DNA of 64,000 nt from the NCBI GenBank assembly GCA_038046765.1, contig JBBSVN010000007.1:18102-82101 (forward strand), given 5' to 3'. The translations under genes were made by a program, and so were the position numbers. This document shows, one piece after another, positions 33,792-43,720 of the stretch. The number at the start of each line of letters is the position of its first letter. Positions within the stretch are counted from its first letter, which is position 1. Source of the stretch: Candidatus Micrarchaeota archaeon (GTDB lineage: Archaea; Micrarchaeota; Micrarchaeia; Anstonellales; Bilamarchaeaceae). The notes beneath the pieces were generated by a model, which saw nothing but the letters and a program-made list of their open reading frames with translations, searched no databases and was not told the origin of the DNA.

Positions 33792-34002
33792 AATAAAATG
33801 AACGCTATACCTATTGCTAGAATCGTTTACGAAAATTCTGATAAAGACATAACTAAATGCTTTGGACTTTGGGAAAATTTACCAAAAAAAAGAAACCGAT
33901 CTTATTGAAACAGAAGCAATTAAGGCTAGAAAAGCTAAATGGAGAAAGATAAAAATGTGAAATCTATACGTAGTACAAGACATATCAAATAAAGTGTTAT
34001 AT

Positions 34003-34938
34003 ATGAAAATTCTAGTAACAGGAGGAGCGGGATTTATTGGTTCATCAACCGTAGATGCTTTACTTAAAGAAGGATACGATGTACGTGCACTAGATAATTT
34101 TGAGCCTTACTACTCGCCAGAACAAAAAAGAAAAAATCTTGAAAATGCAAGAAAAAATAAAAACTTTGAATTAATCGAAGGAGATATTACTAATTTAGAA
34201 ATTGTTAAAAAAGCGGTTTCTGGCGTAGATGCGATAATTCACCAGGCAGCCCAAGCTGGTGTTCGCGCGTCAGTAGATAATCCTGCTAAAACTAATCGTA
34301 TAAATATCGATGGAACTTTAAACGTTCTTACTTGTGCAAAGGATGCTGGAATTAAAAAAATAGTTTTTGCTTCTTCATCTTCTGTTTATGGAAAAGTAAA
34401 ATATTTGCCTTTTGATGAATTGCACCCAACTAACCCAGTTTCCCCATACGGCGTTAGCAAACTAGCTTGCGAACATTATTGCAGAGTATTTTCCGAGCTT
34501 TATGGTTTAGAAATTCCGATGCTTAGATATTTTACTGTTTATGGTCCGCGTATGCGTCCTGATTTAGCAATAAATATTTTTATGCATAAAATGATCAAAA
34601 ACGAATCAATTACGCTCTTTGGGGACGGATTAAAGAGCAGGGATTTTACTTACATTGATGATGTCGTTAGCGCAACCATCCTGGCATTAGAGAAAGGTAA
34701 AACAGATACTTTCAATGTTGGGGGCGGAAACTATTGCATAATGAATGAGTTAATCGAAAAGCTAATGCAGATAACTAATAGCAAATCTAAAATAATTAAA
34801 ATAGAAAATGCTAAAGGCGATGCTGAACATACTAAAGCGGATAACAAAAAAGCAAAAGATATTTTGGGATGGAAACCTAAGGCGAAACTCGAAGAAGGAC
34901 TTAAAATTTACTACGAATGGATTTTGAAGAATGAGTAA
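34003..34938 (+). CDS. NAD-dependent nucleotide-sugar epimerase (UDP-glucose 4-epimerase family)
   Basis: MKILVTGGAGFIGS, SSSSVYG, SPYGVSKLACEHY (YxxxK), RYFTVYGPRMRPD. Confidence 0.85.
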   Translation: MKILVTGGAGFIGSSTVDALLKEGYDVRALDNFEPYYSPEQKRKNLENARKNKNFELIEGDITNLEIVKKAVSGVDAIIHQAAQAGVRASVDNPAKTNRINIDGTLNVLTCAKDAGIKKIVFASSSSVYGKVKYLPFDELHPTNPVSPYGVSKLACEHYCRVFSELYGLEIPMLRYFTVYGPRMRPDLAINIFMHKMIKNESITLFGDGLKSRDFTYIDDVVSATILALEKGKTDTFNVGGGNYCIMNELIEKLMQITNSKSKIIKIENAKGDAEHTKADNKKAKDILGWKPKAKLEEGLKIYYEWILKNE

Positions 34939-34965
34939 ATGTGCAAATTATCTTAAGCTGGTCAA

Positions 34966-36435
34966 ATGGCAAATGAGCAACAAATTCTTGAACCGACTAA
35001 AGCGAAAGACTTAGAATTAAGTAAAACAATTCCCGTATTAAAAACTCAAATTCTTATTGATAAAATTTCAAAACATCTCGAGCGATTTAAGGAAATACTG
35101 GAATTGAATAAAGAAAAAATACGTAAATTTGATTATGAACAAGGCGGAATTGCGATTCGAGATATTTCGGCATATTATAAAAAAACCGTTAAAGAACAAA
35201 AACAGGATTTAAAATGGTTAGACTCATTTGAAGGATTTCTAGCTGTTACAGTGGATTACCTGGAAGAATCATCAAAAAAACTGAAAAATCCCGAAAAACT
35301 GAGCCCTCTTGCTAATGCATTTTTTTCTATTCAAAGCTTTTTAAGTGGTAAAGTAATAAATGATTTTGGGGATGCTCAAAAAATCAAAGCATGGACTAAA
35401 ATATTTCCAAAAGTAAGAGATTTAATGTATGTGAATAATCTAGCTGTGCTTGTATTTTATGCTAAGCATTTCGATGTCCTTAAGTTTGATTTAGAAAAAG
35501 TTGAAAATGTAGAAAAATTAATTGGAAAATACAGTTCTAAAGGTTTTTTAGATGAACCAGAGCATGATAAAGCTTATTATAATGCACGCATTCTTTTGCA
35601 TTATATATTTGATAATCCTAATTTCGAGCCAAGCGAATCATTTGGTGTTAAATTTGCCGATTTTAGCAATAGTGTAAATCGTCTAATTGCTTTGCGTATA
35701 AAATTTGAAGAAAAAGTCAAACAATTTAATCAATATAATTTATCTGAAAGTGATGATTATTCATTACTTATTGTTAAATCCTATTTCGAACTAAAACAAA
35801 GAAATATTAAATTAGATGTGCTAATCTCAGAAATTCAAAATCGAGTCGAAGAAAAAATTTCTAAACTAGCCAATTTTTCTAAATTTAACAAAGGTAAACT
35901 CGAAAATTTAAGAAAATCTGCAGATTATCCACACGGCTTAACTGGTTTAGTTCGCCAAGGTGAAGCTGCTTTTATAAGTAAATCTAGTCGTTCTAAAGAA
36001 ATCGGTCTATATACCGCCCGAGCAGAAATGTGCAGTATCGTTGTAACTGTTTCGCGTGATGAAAATGGTGAAATATCTGCAGTTGGTTTATCCCATGTTG
36101 ATCCTGGAACCGAAGATGAGGAACTTAAAAAATTGTTTGTTACTGCCAGAAAATATGGTAAGGTCGAAATAAGTATTGTAAGCGGTACGCTCTTCAAATC
36201 TCAGAATCTTTTTGATATTGCTAGTTTGTATGGAAAAGTTGTTTTTGTAAATTGCGACATTAACGGAGAACGAGACGATGCTTTAGCGGTAGATAAAAAC
36301 GGAAATTTATACTATGGCGAAAACAAGCGTTTAGATAAAGCAGCAGAAAAGATTGGTGGTTTTGGAAGAGACGAAGTTAGAGAAAAGGAAGACTACAAAA
36401 TATTCTATGATCGAGTTTTTGAAGTAAAAAACTAA
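34966..36435 (+). CDS. Hypothetical protein: long helical N-region plus C-terminal CheD-like (Cys/His) domain
   Basis: C-terminal ~130 aa: EMCSIVVTVSRDENGEISAVGLSHVDPG...KVEISIVSGTLF...FVNCDINGERDDALAVDKNGNLYY parallels CheD (GLGSCVAVCxxDpxxkxGGmAHxMLP...AKIaGGAxmF...EDtGGnxxRxvxfxxxtGxl). By-eye similarity only. Confidence 0.35.
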   Translation: MANEQQILEPTKAKDLELSKTIPVLKTQILIDKISKHLERFKEILELNKEKIRKFDYEQGGIAIRDISAYYKKTVKEQKQDLKWLDSFEGFLAVTVDYLEESSKKLKNPEKLSPLANAFFSIQSFLSGKVINDFGDAQKIKAWTKIFPKVRDLMYVNNLAVLVFYAKHFDVLKFDLEKVENVEKLIGKYSSKGFLDEPEHDKAYYNARILLHYIFDNPNFEPSESFGVKFADFSNSVNRLIALRIKFEEKVKQFNQYNLSESDDYSLLIVKSYFELKQRNIKLDVLISEIQNRVEEKISKLANFSKFNKGKLENLRKSADYPHGLTGLVRQGEAAFISKSSRSKEIGLYTARAEMCSIVVTVSRDENGEISAVGLSHVDPGTEDEELKKLFVTARKYGKVEISIVSGTLFKSQNLFDIASLYGKVVFVNCDINGERDDALAVDKNGNLYYGENKRLDKAAEKIGGFGRDEVREKEDYKIFYDRVFEVKN

Positions 36436-36509
36436 TAACCTTTAAAAACTTATTACGAGTGGATAAATAATAACGAATAAAGAATCTATTTTACTTAAGG
36501 TGTTTATCC

Positions 36510-37436
36510 ATGAAAGAAAAACTACTCGATATTATTGTCTGCCCAACTTGTAAAGGAAACCTGAACTTAAAAGCAACTAAACAGATAAATGATGATGTTG
36601 AAGAGGGGATGCTTAATTGCAGGAAATGCAAGGTTGGTTATAATATCATAAATTCTGTTCCTCGTTTTGTTCCAGATGATGATTATGTAGAAAACTTTAG
36701 CATGGAGTGGAACACTCATAAAGTAACTCAATTAGATTCTAGAACCGGAAGAAATGAATCTGAAGAAACATTCAAGGAAGTTACTGGTTTTAACCAAAAA
36801 GACCTAAAAGGAAAACTCGTTTTAGATGTTGGATGCGGATCAGGTAGATACTTAGAAATCGCATCCAAATTTGGTGCAGAAGTTGTTGGCATTGATTTAA
36901 GTTTTGCAGTTGATGCAGCACAAGAAAACTTAGGAAAACAAAAAAATATGCACATAATTCAGGCTAATGTTTTTAGTTTGCCATTTAAGGAGGATACTTT
37001 TGACATCATTTACAGTATAGGCGTCCTTCACCATACACCTGATTGTAAAAAAGCATTTATGTGCTTACCAAATCTGCTTAAAAAACCAGGTAAAATTAGT
37101 ATCTGGTTATACTCTAAAAAATTACATTTCATTGCAACAGACGTACTAAGAATTGTTACTACTAGAATGAATAAACATCATCTTTACGGTTTATGTAAAA
37201 CTGTCGTGCCGCACATTTATGCTGCAACAAGGGTGCCTTTAGTTGGTTATCCATTTCGAGCGTTTATTTCAACTCACCATCACCCAGAGTGGCGAGTTCT
37301 AGATACGTTTGACTGGTATTCTCCAAAATATCAAAGCAAGCACAGCAACAACGAAGTAATACAGTGGTTCAATGAAGCTGGGCTTAAAAATGCAAGAGCC
37401 TTAACCAAGGATACTTCGGTTACTGGTGAGAAATAA
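36510..37436 (+). CDS. Class I SAM-dependent methyltransferase with N-terminal Trm112-like zinc ribbon
   Basis: LLDIIVCPTCKGNL...LNCRKCKVGY (Trm112p-like). SAM motif I VLDVGCGSGRY. Motif II/III FDIIYSIGVLHH. Confidence 0.8.
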   Translation: MKEKLLDIIVCPTCKGNLNLKATKQINDDVEEGMLNCRKCKVGYNIINSVPRFVPDDDYVENFSMEWNTHKVTQLDSRTGRNESEETFKEVTGFNQKDLKGKLVLDVGCGSGRYLEIASKFGAEVVGIDLSFAVDAAQENLGKQKNMHIIQANVFSLPFKEDTFDIIYSIGVLHHTPDCKKAFMCLPNLLKKPGKISIWLYSKKLHFIATDVLRIVTTRMNKHHLYGLCKTVVPHIYAATRVPLVGYPFRAFISTHHHPEWRVLDTFDWYSPKYQSKHSNNEVIQWFNEAGLKNARALTKDTSVTGEK

Positions 37437-37467
37437 TTTTTTTCCTTTTTATAATTTAATTTTCAAT

Positions 37468-37848
37468 CTATTTCATTCCTAGATAACTTTCAATATCTTT
37501 TAATGTGGATAATTTGACTAGAAACAATGCTAGAAACATTGCGCCTACTACTGCAAAATCCTGGTTTGGAATTGGGCTTAAAAAAATATTTACTATAAAT
37601 GCCATACAAAAATAAACTATCATAAATAAGAATGCTTTTGAAACTGCATTGGCTGAACTAAGTTTTAATTCATTCTCAGATAAAAATTTGTTTCTCTGGT
37701 TTCCAAAAATAATTCCTATTATCGCAATTATAATTAGTAATAAAACTACTAGTTTCATACTTGATCTGTCCAAAAAGCTACCTATAATAACAAGGATAAA
37801 TGAAACGAAAAGAAGAATTTGGAATACGTTGCTTTTTTTACTAAACAT
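37468..37848 (-). CDS. Membrane protein (four TM segments)
   Basis: 126-aa hydrophobic ORF. Confidence 0.45.
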   Translation of the reverse strand: MFSKKSNVFQILLFVSFILVIIGSFLDRSSMKLVVLLLIIIAIIGIIFGNQRNKFLSENELKLSSANAVSKAFLFMIVYFCMAFIVNIFLSPIPNQDFAVVGAMFLALFLVKLSTLKDIESYLGMK

Positions 37849-38259
37849 GTTATTTTACCTCTATGTCTAACAGTTAATAATTCTCCTAATTTAAAACACC
37901 AAATGCGAGTATCGCACCGACTAAAAGTATTAAGAGCAATATCGCCCACCCATAGTTAGTAAGAAAATCTGTTTTTTCACTTTTCTTTGCCATGTTGATA
38001 TAAAATAAGACAAGGTATAAAAATGTGCTTCGTACTTTCACTCACTTTCTTTTAGATAAATGAAGATAAGGTTTTATCTGACACCATTCTTTTCGAAACC
38101 TTAACGGTAATTAATTATAAAAGAAATACTCAATTCTGTAAAGCTGTTTATCAGGAGTTGGTGGATAACCAAGACCTAATATTATTTTATCTTAATGAGT
38201 CGGAACGAATTGAAATTCTAAATAAATTCCCTAATCAAAAAGGTAAATCAGAAATAGAT

Positions 38260-39630
38260 CTATTGATGAAACAATCCGCTTAAATTTAAACCATTTAACT
38301 TTACCTTAGCCATTTTCACGTCAACTAGAAAAGCGCTAGCTGCAACTAAAATAATTAATGGTTCAACAGGAATCCTAAATCTGTAATTAGCAACAGGCCC
38401 TACTGCTACTATATTATATAAAATAAGCGTAATTACAAGGAAAATCAACGCATAATTTTTCATCTGATAAAGTTTTTTTAAGCCAGAGATAAATAATGCG
38501 TAAAGTCCTAGTGTATAAATTACTGATAGAGTCAAAATAACTGCATAGAAACTATTTTTGCTTAGGTAGTCTAGTAAAAATCCAATGTCAAATCCTTTCT
38601 TTAGGTAAATATAAGTTAAGCTCACTGCTTCTTGCTCGCGGCCCACGGTTTTTAATAGATTATTTGGTGTTGTCGGAACAAAAAATGTTATTGCACCTTT
38701 CACATACTGTTTAGCATAAAGCAATGGGTTAGCTAGTACAAATGTATTTATTTTGGGTGTGAGTGCTTCTAGCTCTTCAAGTGGCCTGCGCTGACACTCT
38801 TCAAAACTGGATAATTTATTTTCTTTTATAAAATCCTTCCACTCGGGGTTATCTAAGCCAACATCATTAGCTAAATAAACGCCATTCCAGCAAACATAGT
38901 TTACTGTGGAAATCGCACTATATGTTATTTTATCAAGTACAATAAAATTACGGACTAGCCAAATCGAGGATATTGCAAGTGCAATCATGGCAATCTCAAT
39001 ACTTTGTCTTCTGTTTTTGGTTTTTAAGTAATTGTAAATTGCAAAAACAATTGGATAAAATATCGCAACTGGTTTGATTAAAATTAATATTCCCAGTAGT
39101 ATGCTAGATGTGTTCTTTTTATCATTTACAAAATAATAAATTGCTAATAAGAATACTGTAGTAAACAAGCTTTCAGTTAAAATCTTGAAAAAGAAGGAAA
39201 CAAATAATGGGCTAATTGCGTAAAGTGCCGCGGCAACGTATGCAATCTTTTCGCTCTCTTTCCTACCTTCAAAATATTTTTTTGTTATTAAATAAATCAG
39301 GTAAATATTTGCAAAATCTAGTAAAAGTTGCACTCCTGCAATTGCTAAATCATTTAATCCGATTGAATAAAAAATTCCTAAAAATGCTGGATAACCGGCT
39401 ACTCTGAATAAAGAGGCCTGTTTAGCTTCTGGGCTCTGTAAAAGAAAATCTCCTTTAGATAGTGCCTTGCCCATTACGGTGTATCCATCTGAATCAGGAT
39501 CATAAATCGCGTTTTGGTTGCCAAGTGCAATACTGGAAAATATTAAAGCACGAAGTAAAAATGCGATTATTAAAATCGTTAATAGTTTTTTATCCATAGT
39601 TTCACATTCGTCTTCTGGCTCACTGCTCAT
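38260..39630 (-). CDS. GT-C fold membrane glycosyltransferase (ArnT/PMT, GT39/GT83-like)
   Basis: More than 10 predicted TM segments. First-loop acidic motif YDPDSDGY. General ArnT/PMT_2-like layout. No WWDYG motif, so it is not an AglB-type OST. Confidence 0.5.
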   Translation of the reverse strand: MSSEPEDECETMDKKLLTILIIAFLLRALIFSSIALGNQNAIYDPDSDGYTVMGKALSKGDFLLQSPEAKQASLFRVAGYPAFLGIFYSIGLNDLAIAGVQLLLDFANIYLIYLITKKYFEGRKESEKIAYVAAALYAISPLFVSFFFKILTESLFTTVFLLAIYYFVNDKKNTSSILLGILILIKPVAIFYPIVFAIYNYLKTKNRRQSIEIAMIALAISSIWLVRNFIVLDKITYSAISTVNYVCWNGVYLANDVGLDNPEWKDFIKENKLSSFEECQRRPLEELEALTPKINTFVLANPLLYAKQYVKGAITFFVPTTPNNLLKTVGREQEAVSLTYIYLKKGFDIGFLLDYLSKNSFYAVILTLSVIYTLGLYALFISGLKKLYQMKNYALIFLVITLILYNIVAVGPVANYRFRIPVEPLIILVAASAFLVDVKMAKVKLNGLNLSGLFHQ

Positions 39631-39703
39631 GGCGCATTGCTCACTGCTACTATTAATAGTATCCTTTTAAATATTTTAAACTATTCTTATTTTTGGGTTA
39701 TTT

Positions 39704-40426
39704 ATGAAAGAAATATCTATTCAAAGAACACCATCTGGAATTCCTGGACTTGACACTGTAACAAATGGCGGATTCATAAAAAATAGTGTAATCCTTGTTC
39801 GGGGCGGGACAGGTACTTGTAAAACTACGATGGCAACACAGTTTCTTGTAAACGGATCAAAAGAAGTAGACGAGAATAGCGCGTTTATCAGTTTTTCCGA
39901 AACAAAAGAATCAGTATATGCTACAGCAAAGGGTTTTGGCTGGGATTTAGATAAACTTGAAAAACAAGGCAAATTTGCTTTTATAAAATACTCTCCTTAC
40001 GAAGTTGAAAAAGTTGTTGCTGAAGGCGGGGGTACAATAAGAGATACCATCGAGGAGATTGGTGCCAAGCGGCTTGTTATTGACTCCTTAACTGCATATT
40101 CATTGCTATTTCAGAATGAATACCGTGCGACAGAATCAATTTTGCAGTTATTTGATACTTTAAAATCTTGGGATTGTACTGTACTTGTTACTGACGAAAT
40201 TGAAGTTCGTCCCCAATCAGTAAGCGCAGGCAGGCTAGGATTTCTTACAGATGGAATTATGAATACATATTACCTTCGAAGCGGAAACGGGAGGGTCAGG
40301 GCTCTTGAAGTTCTAAAAATGCGGTACAGTACGCATTCTGATAAAATCGTACCATTTGAAATAAATAGTAAAGGTATCAGTGTTTATCCAAACAAAAAAA
40401 TAACGCTCCCGCTTATAACAAGGTAG
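39704..40426 (+). CDS. KaiC/RecA-superfamily ATPase (ArlH/FlaH-like)
   Basis: GIPGLDTVTNGGFIKNSVILVRGGTGTCKTTMATQFL (KaiC domain with Walker A). Walker B-like RLVIDSLT. 240 aa. Confidence 0.75.
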   Translation: MKEISIQRTPSGIPGLDTVTNGGFIKNSVILVRGGTGTCKTTMATQFLVNGSKEVDENSAFISFSETKESVYATAKGFGWDLDKLEKQGKFAFIKYSPYEVEKVVAEGGGTIRDTIEEIGAKRLVIDSLTAYSLLFQNEYRATESILQLFDTLKSWDCTVLVTDEIEVRPQSVSAGRLGFLTDGIMNTYYLRSGNGRVRALEVLKMRYSTHSDKIVPFEINSKGISVYPNKKITLPLITR

Positions 40427-40430
40427 AAAA

Positions 40431-42416
40431 ATGGGAAAAGGTCAGGCATCTACGGAGTTTTTAGTTATTCTTGCGGTTGCACTTGTAATTTTTCTTGCAA
40501 TCGTAACTATTTCGCAAGATCAACTTACAAAAATAAATATTATAAAATCGCAAAAAACAGCACAAGCTACGGTCGATACGATTGCGGCAGCTGCCGATGA
40601 TGTTTATTCGCAAGGTGTTGGCGCAAGAAAACGCGTTTTTGTCGAGTTTCCAGTCGGATATTCCTCAACAAATTCTTTTGTAAAAAACCGGACCATTAAT
40701 TTAAATTTTTTAGGCAGCGATGTTGCAGTTTCAACTAACTTTGATGTTTATGGTTCTTTACCTGCTTCTAGCGGTTCAACATGGGTTTGGGTAATTTCAG
40801 AGGGAAACATCGTAAGAATAGGGAATGTTAGTCTTCTTTTAAGCAGGAGTTCGATAAGTACTACTCTTTCAAGAAACACAACTAAAAATGAAACTTTTTA
40901 TGTTCAAAATGGCGGAAACGGGTCAATGACTGTTACGATAAGTCAAAACTGGCTTTCTACAAATGTAATCTTAGTAACAACTCCGTTTTCCTTTACACTG
41001 GATTCCGGTCAAAGTCAGCTTGTCACATTAACCTTTACCGCGGATAACGATGCGGTTGGAGTATACACTGGAAGTTTAGATGTTGTTGGTAGTTCAGGCG
41101 GGACAAATGAAACAGTAAACCTTCCAGTTGCTGCGAACGTAGTTATTGGAGGAACACAAGTTCCAAAGCTTACGATAACACCAAGTACATGGAATGATAG
41201 TTTGTTACAAAATCAGTCGGTTCTAAAAGCATTTAATCTTTGTACTAATTCACAAACGAGTTTATCATATGTTAATTTTACTGCCACTGGTTCAACTTCA
41301 GCTTGGTTAAGTAATCTTAATGCTTTAGGTGCGCTTGCAGCTAATACCTGTCAGATAGCAGTTTTCAATTTAACAATCCCTTCAAATACATTTTCTGGAA
41401 ATTATAGCGGGACAATCACCGCGACTGGTTCAGACACCTCTGCAACAGATAATGTTGTTATGCAGATAAATGTTGGTGGAAATTTAACTGATATACTTGG
41501 CCCTCTTGTAACAAATATTACAATTACGCCAACTAAACCATTTTACCAGGAACCACTTACCTTTAGGATAACGGGCGATGACTCGCAACGAGGAAATAAT
41601 ACTATTGTCAGCTGCGAAACAAACCTGGATAACGGAACATGGTTTATTATGAATCCGGTTGATGGGGCCTACAGTTCGTCAGTTGAAAACGCATCTTATA
41701 CTTATGCTTCACCATCTTTTGGCAGGCACACTGCTTATTTTAGGTGTACTGACTTTAGAAGTAATGTCGGGCCAACAGCGAGCTATGGATTTAAAATTAT
41801 GAAAGAAATCCTGATGGTTACTAAAGATAATGGACTCGGCGGCGGTGAGCAGGATTGGAGGGATTGGATTACAAGCCATACTTCCGGTTTAGGATATATA
41901 TGGAATTTTGATGCTATTGATCGAAACACTGTAAATGGGGGAGGTACCGATACGTCTCTATATAGTACTATTCTTATTGCTGATGATGTAACTACTGGTG
42001 GTGCTGGCGCAAGTCTTGTTCCGATACTTATAAATTATGCGAGTAGTGGCGGGTACGTTGTAATTGTCGATAAGGGTGCTGAAAAATCACCACACAATCT
42101 AGGATTAGCAACACAGGATGCAGATGATGAAGATGAGACCACGATTTATGTAGTTTCCAATGCTCACTATATTACAAGTGGTTATACCGTTAATTCTGAT
42201 TTGCAAATTTATACTGTTTCATCAAACAGATATTTGCAGCGAGGTTTTTCTGGATTTAAATTAGCAAACGACCAAAGCGGGAATACAGATAATGCTTTGG
42301 GTTATTCTGGAAATTATGTTATCTGGGGGGCTACAAAACCATACCGGTTTGTTACTGATGGAAATACTATCTCTACAAGAGTTTTTGACTACGCAATAAA
42401 CGGGTCGACAAAATGA
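40431..42416 (+). CDS. Large pilin-like surface protein with class III (type IV prepilin) signal peptide
   Basis: MGKGQ|ASTEFLVILAVALVIFLAIV. 661 aa, Ser/Thr/Asn-rich. I count about 17 N-x-S/T sequons. Confidence 0.7.
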   Translation: MGKGQASTEFLVILAVALVIFLAIVTISQDQLTKINIIKSQKTAQATVDTIAAAADDVYSQGVGARKRVFVEFPVGYSSTNSFVKNRTINLNFLGSDVAVSTNFDVYGSLPASSGSTWVWVISEGNIVRIGNVSLLLSRSSISTTLSRNTTKNETFYVQNGGNGSMTVTISQNWLSTNVILVTTPFSFTLDSGQSQLVTLTFTADNDAVGVYTGSLDVVGSSGGTNETVNLPVAANVVIGGTQVPKLTITPSTWNDSLLQNQSVLKAFNLCTNSQTSLSYVNFTATGSTSAWLSNLNALGALAANTCQIAVFNLTIPSNTFSGNYSGTITATGSDTSATDNVVMQINVGGNLTDILGPLVTNITITPTKPFYQEPLTFRITGDDSQRGNNTIVSCETNLDNGTWFIMNPVDGAYSSSVENASYTYASPSFGRHTAYFRCTDFRSNVGPTASYGFKIMKEILMVTKDNGLGGGEQDWRDWITSHTSGLGYIWNFDAIDRNTVNGGGTDTSLYSTILIADDVTTGGAGASLVPILINYASSGGYVVIVDKGAEKSPHNLGLATQDADDEDETTIYVVSNAHYITSGYTVNSDLQIYTVSSNRYLQRGFSGFKLANDQSGNTDNALGYSGNYVIWGATKPYRFVTDGNTISTRVFDYAINGSTK

Positions 42417-42817
42417 AAATGCCGGTTAAAATGTTTACAAAACGAGCTCAGGTTTCAGCAGAATTTTCAATCGTTCTTATCTACGTTTTAATGGTATTTT
42501 TCATAATTCTTTTCATATCTGTTTCACAAGAAAACGTTCTAAAGAGTATTAAAGATGATTACGAAGCAAGTGCAGTTGCAACAAAGCTTTCAAGTGTAAT
42601 AAATAATATCTACCTAGCTGGTGATGGAGCACATGTAAATGTTTCAATTGCCTTAACTAGTGACTACAATATAACTGTACAAGATCGTTATCTGTCAGTA
42701 CAAAAAGCATCTGCTATTATTGGAAAGACACTTTTAACAAATCGGACAAACTTTACTTCAATTAATACGAATTCATTTATAATAAAAAATATTCATGGTG
42801 TAATTAATGTCGGGTAA
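42413..42817 (+). CDS. Minor pilin-like protein (class III signal peptide)
   Basis: KRAQ|VSAEFSIVLIYVLMVFFIILFI. ATGA overlap with the upstream gene. Confidence 0.65.
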   Translation: MKMPVKMFTKRAQVSAEFSIVLIYVLMVFFIILFISVSQENVLKSIKDDYEASAVATKLSSVINNIYLAGDGAHVNVSIALTSDYNITVQDRYLSVQKASAIIGKTLLTNRTNFTSINTNSFIIKNIHGVINVG

Positions 42818-43301
42818 CTGTAAAAAAGGTCAAATCTGGTCGTTTGATTTGCTTTTTTCTTCTGTGACATTCATACTTATTATTGCCTTATTTATACTTA
42901 CGTGGTCGGTATTTTCTGATAAGGCAAATGAGGAAAAAGAATATATCGAAATCTATCAGGCAGCCTATTTCGCTTCTGATTCTCTTTTATCTACAAGCTC
43001 TGATCCTCCTGGTTTTGAATATGGAAATGCAACTCCAAGTTCATTTAGCTTAGTAACTGAATCAAACGTTATTGATGATCTAAAATTGGATTACCTAAAT
43101 TTAAGTAATTACAGCCTTGTAAAAAAAACACTTGGGCTTGCAAAATATGAATTTTATATTGACATTAGGGATTCAAGAGATCTAAACAAAAGTCTTTTCT
43201 TATTTGGCAACTTAACAAATACAACGCAAAATATTGTTCTTGATCGCATAGTCATATATAATAAAAGTTTGGCTGTTTTTAAGTTCGGGGTAGTAAAATG
43301 A
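42807..43301 (+). CDS. Minor pilin-like protein (class III signal peptide)
   Basis: KKGQ|IWSFDLLFSSVTFILIIALFIL. 11-nt overlap with the upstream gene. Confidence 0.6.
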   Translation: MSGNCKKGQIWSFDLLFSSVTFILIIALFILTWSVFSDKANEEKEYIEIYQAAYFASDSLLSTSSDPPGFEYGNATPSSFSLVTESNVIDDLKLDYLNLSNYSLVKKTLGLAKYEFYIDIRDSRDLNKSLFLFGNLTNTTQNIVLDRIVIYNKSLAVFKFGVVK

Positions 43302-43720
43302 GCGGAAAAAAAACTTGCTTCAAGGGATTTGTCCTTACTATCGATGCTATAATGGCTCTACTATTTATGCTGGTGGCAATAGCCATAATTTTTTCCTACA
43401 ACCTCTCAGCCAAACAATTTGGTAAAGACATCTATCTAACCGAAGTTTCTTTTGACACTTTAAGTGTCCTGGAGAAACAGGGCTTATTTGACAAGCTAAT
43501 TACACTAGGAAATGACAGTGCAATTTTGGATGCATTAAGCCTTACTCCTGTATCAGTATGTACTGACTTAAAAATTATTCAATTACAAAATAATTCTGTC
43601 GTTTCAATAACTTCTGAAACTGGTTGTGGTAACTCAACGTCAGTTTATGCAATTTCAAGAAGGTCATTTATATCAAATAGTACTATATATTTAGGAGAAT
43701 TAAGGAGTTGGTACCGATGA
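43298..43720 (+). CDS. Minor pilin-like protein (class III signal peptide-like)
   Basis: FKGF|VLTIDAIMALLFMLVAIAIIF. ATGA overlap. Confidence 0.55.
   Translation: MSGKKTCFKGFVLTIDAIMALLFMLVAIAIIFSYNLSAKQFGKDIYLTEVSFDTLSVLEKQGLFDKLITLGNDSAILDALSLTPVSVCTDLKIIQLQNNSVVSITSETGCGNSTSVYAISRRSFISNSTIYLGELRSWYR

Noticed and set aside
33797-33960. Short ORF (MNAIPIARIVYENSDKDITKCFGLWENLPKKRNRSY) with an A8 run that could fuse to a second frame
   Set aside because: It has no motif and no convincing SD, and it is very short. The apparent frameshift fusion gives only low-complexity sequence. It is treated as intergenic.
37886-37993. 35-aa minus-strand ORF MAKKSEKTDFLTNYGWAILLLILLVGAILAFGVLN (single TM segment)
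   Set aside because: It is plausible as a small membrane protein. However, it has no SD, no recognisable family and is very short, so the support is not enough to call it.
38051-38284. About 75-codon stop-free plus-strand frame (INEDKVLSDTILFETLTVINYKRNTQFCKAVYQELVDNQDL...) ending at TAA 38279-38281
   Set aside because: There is no ATG, GTG or TTG start until the last five codons. It could be a gene remnant but cannot be supported.
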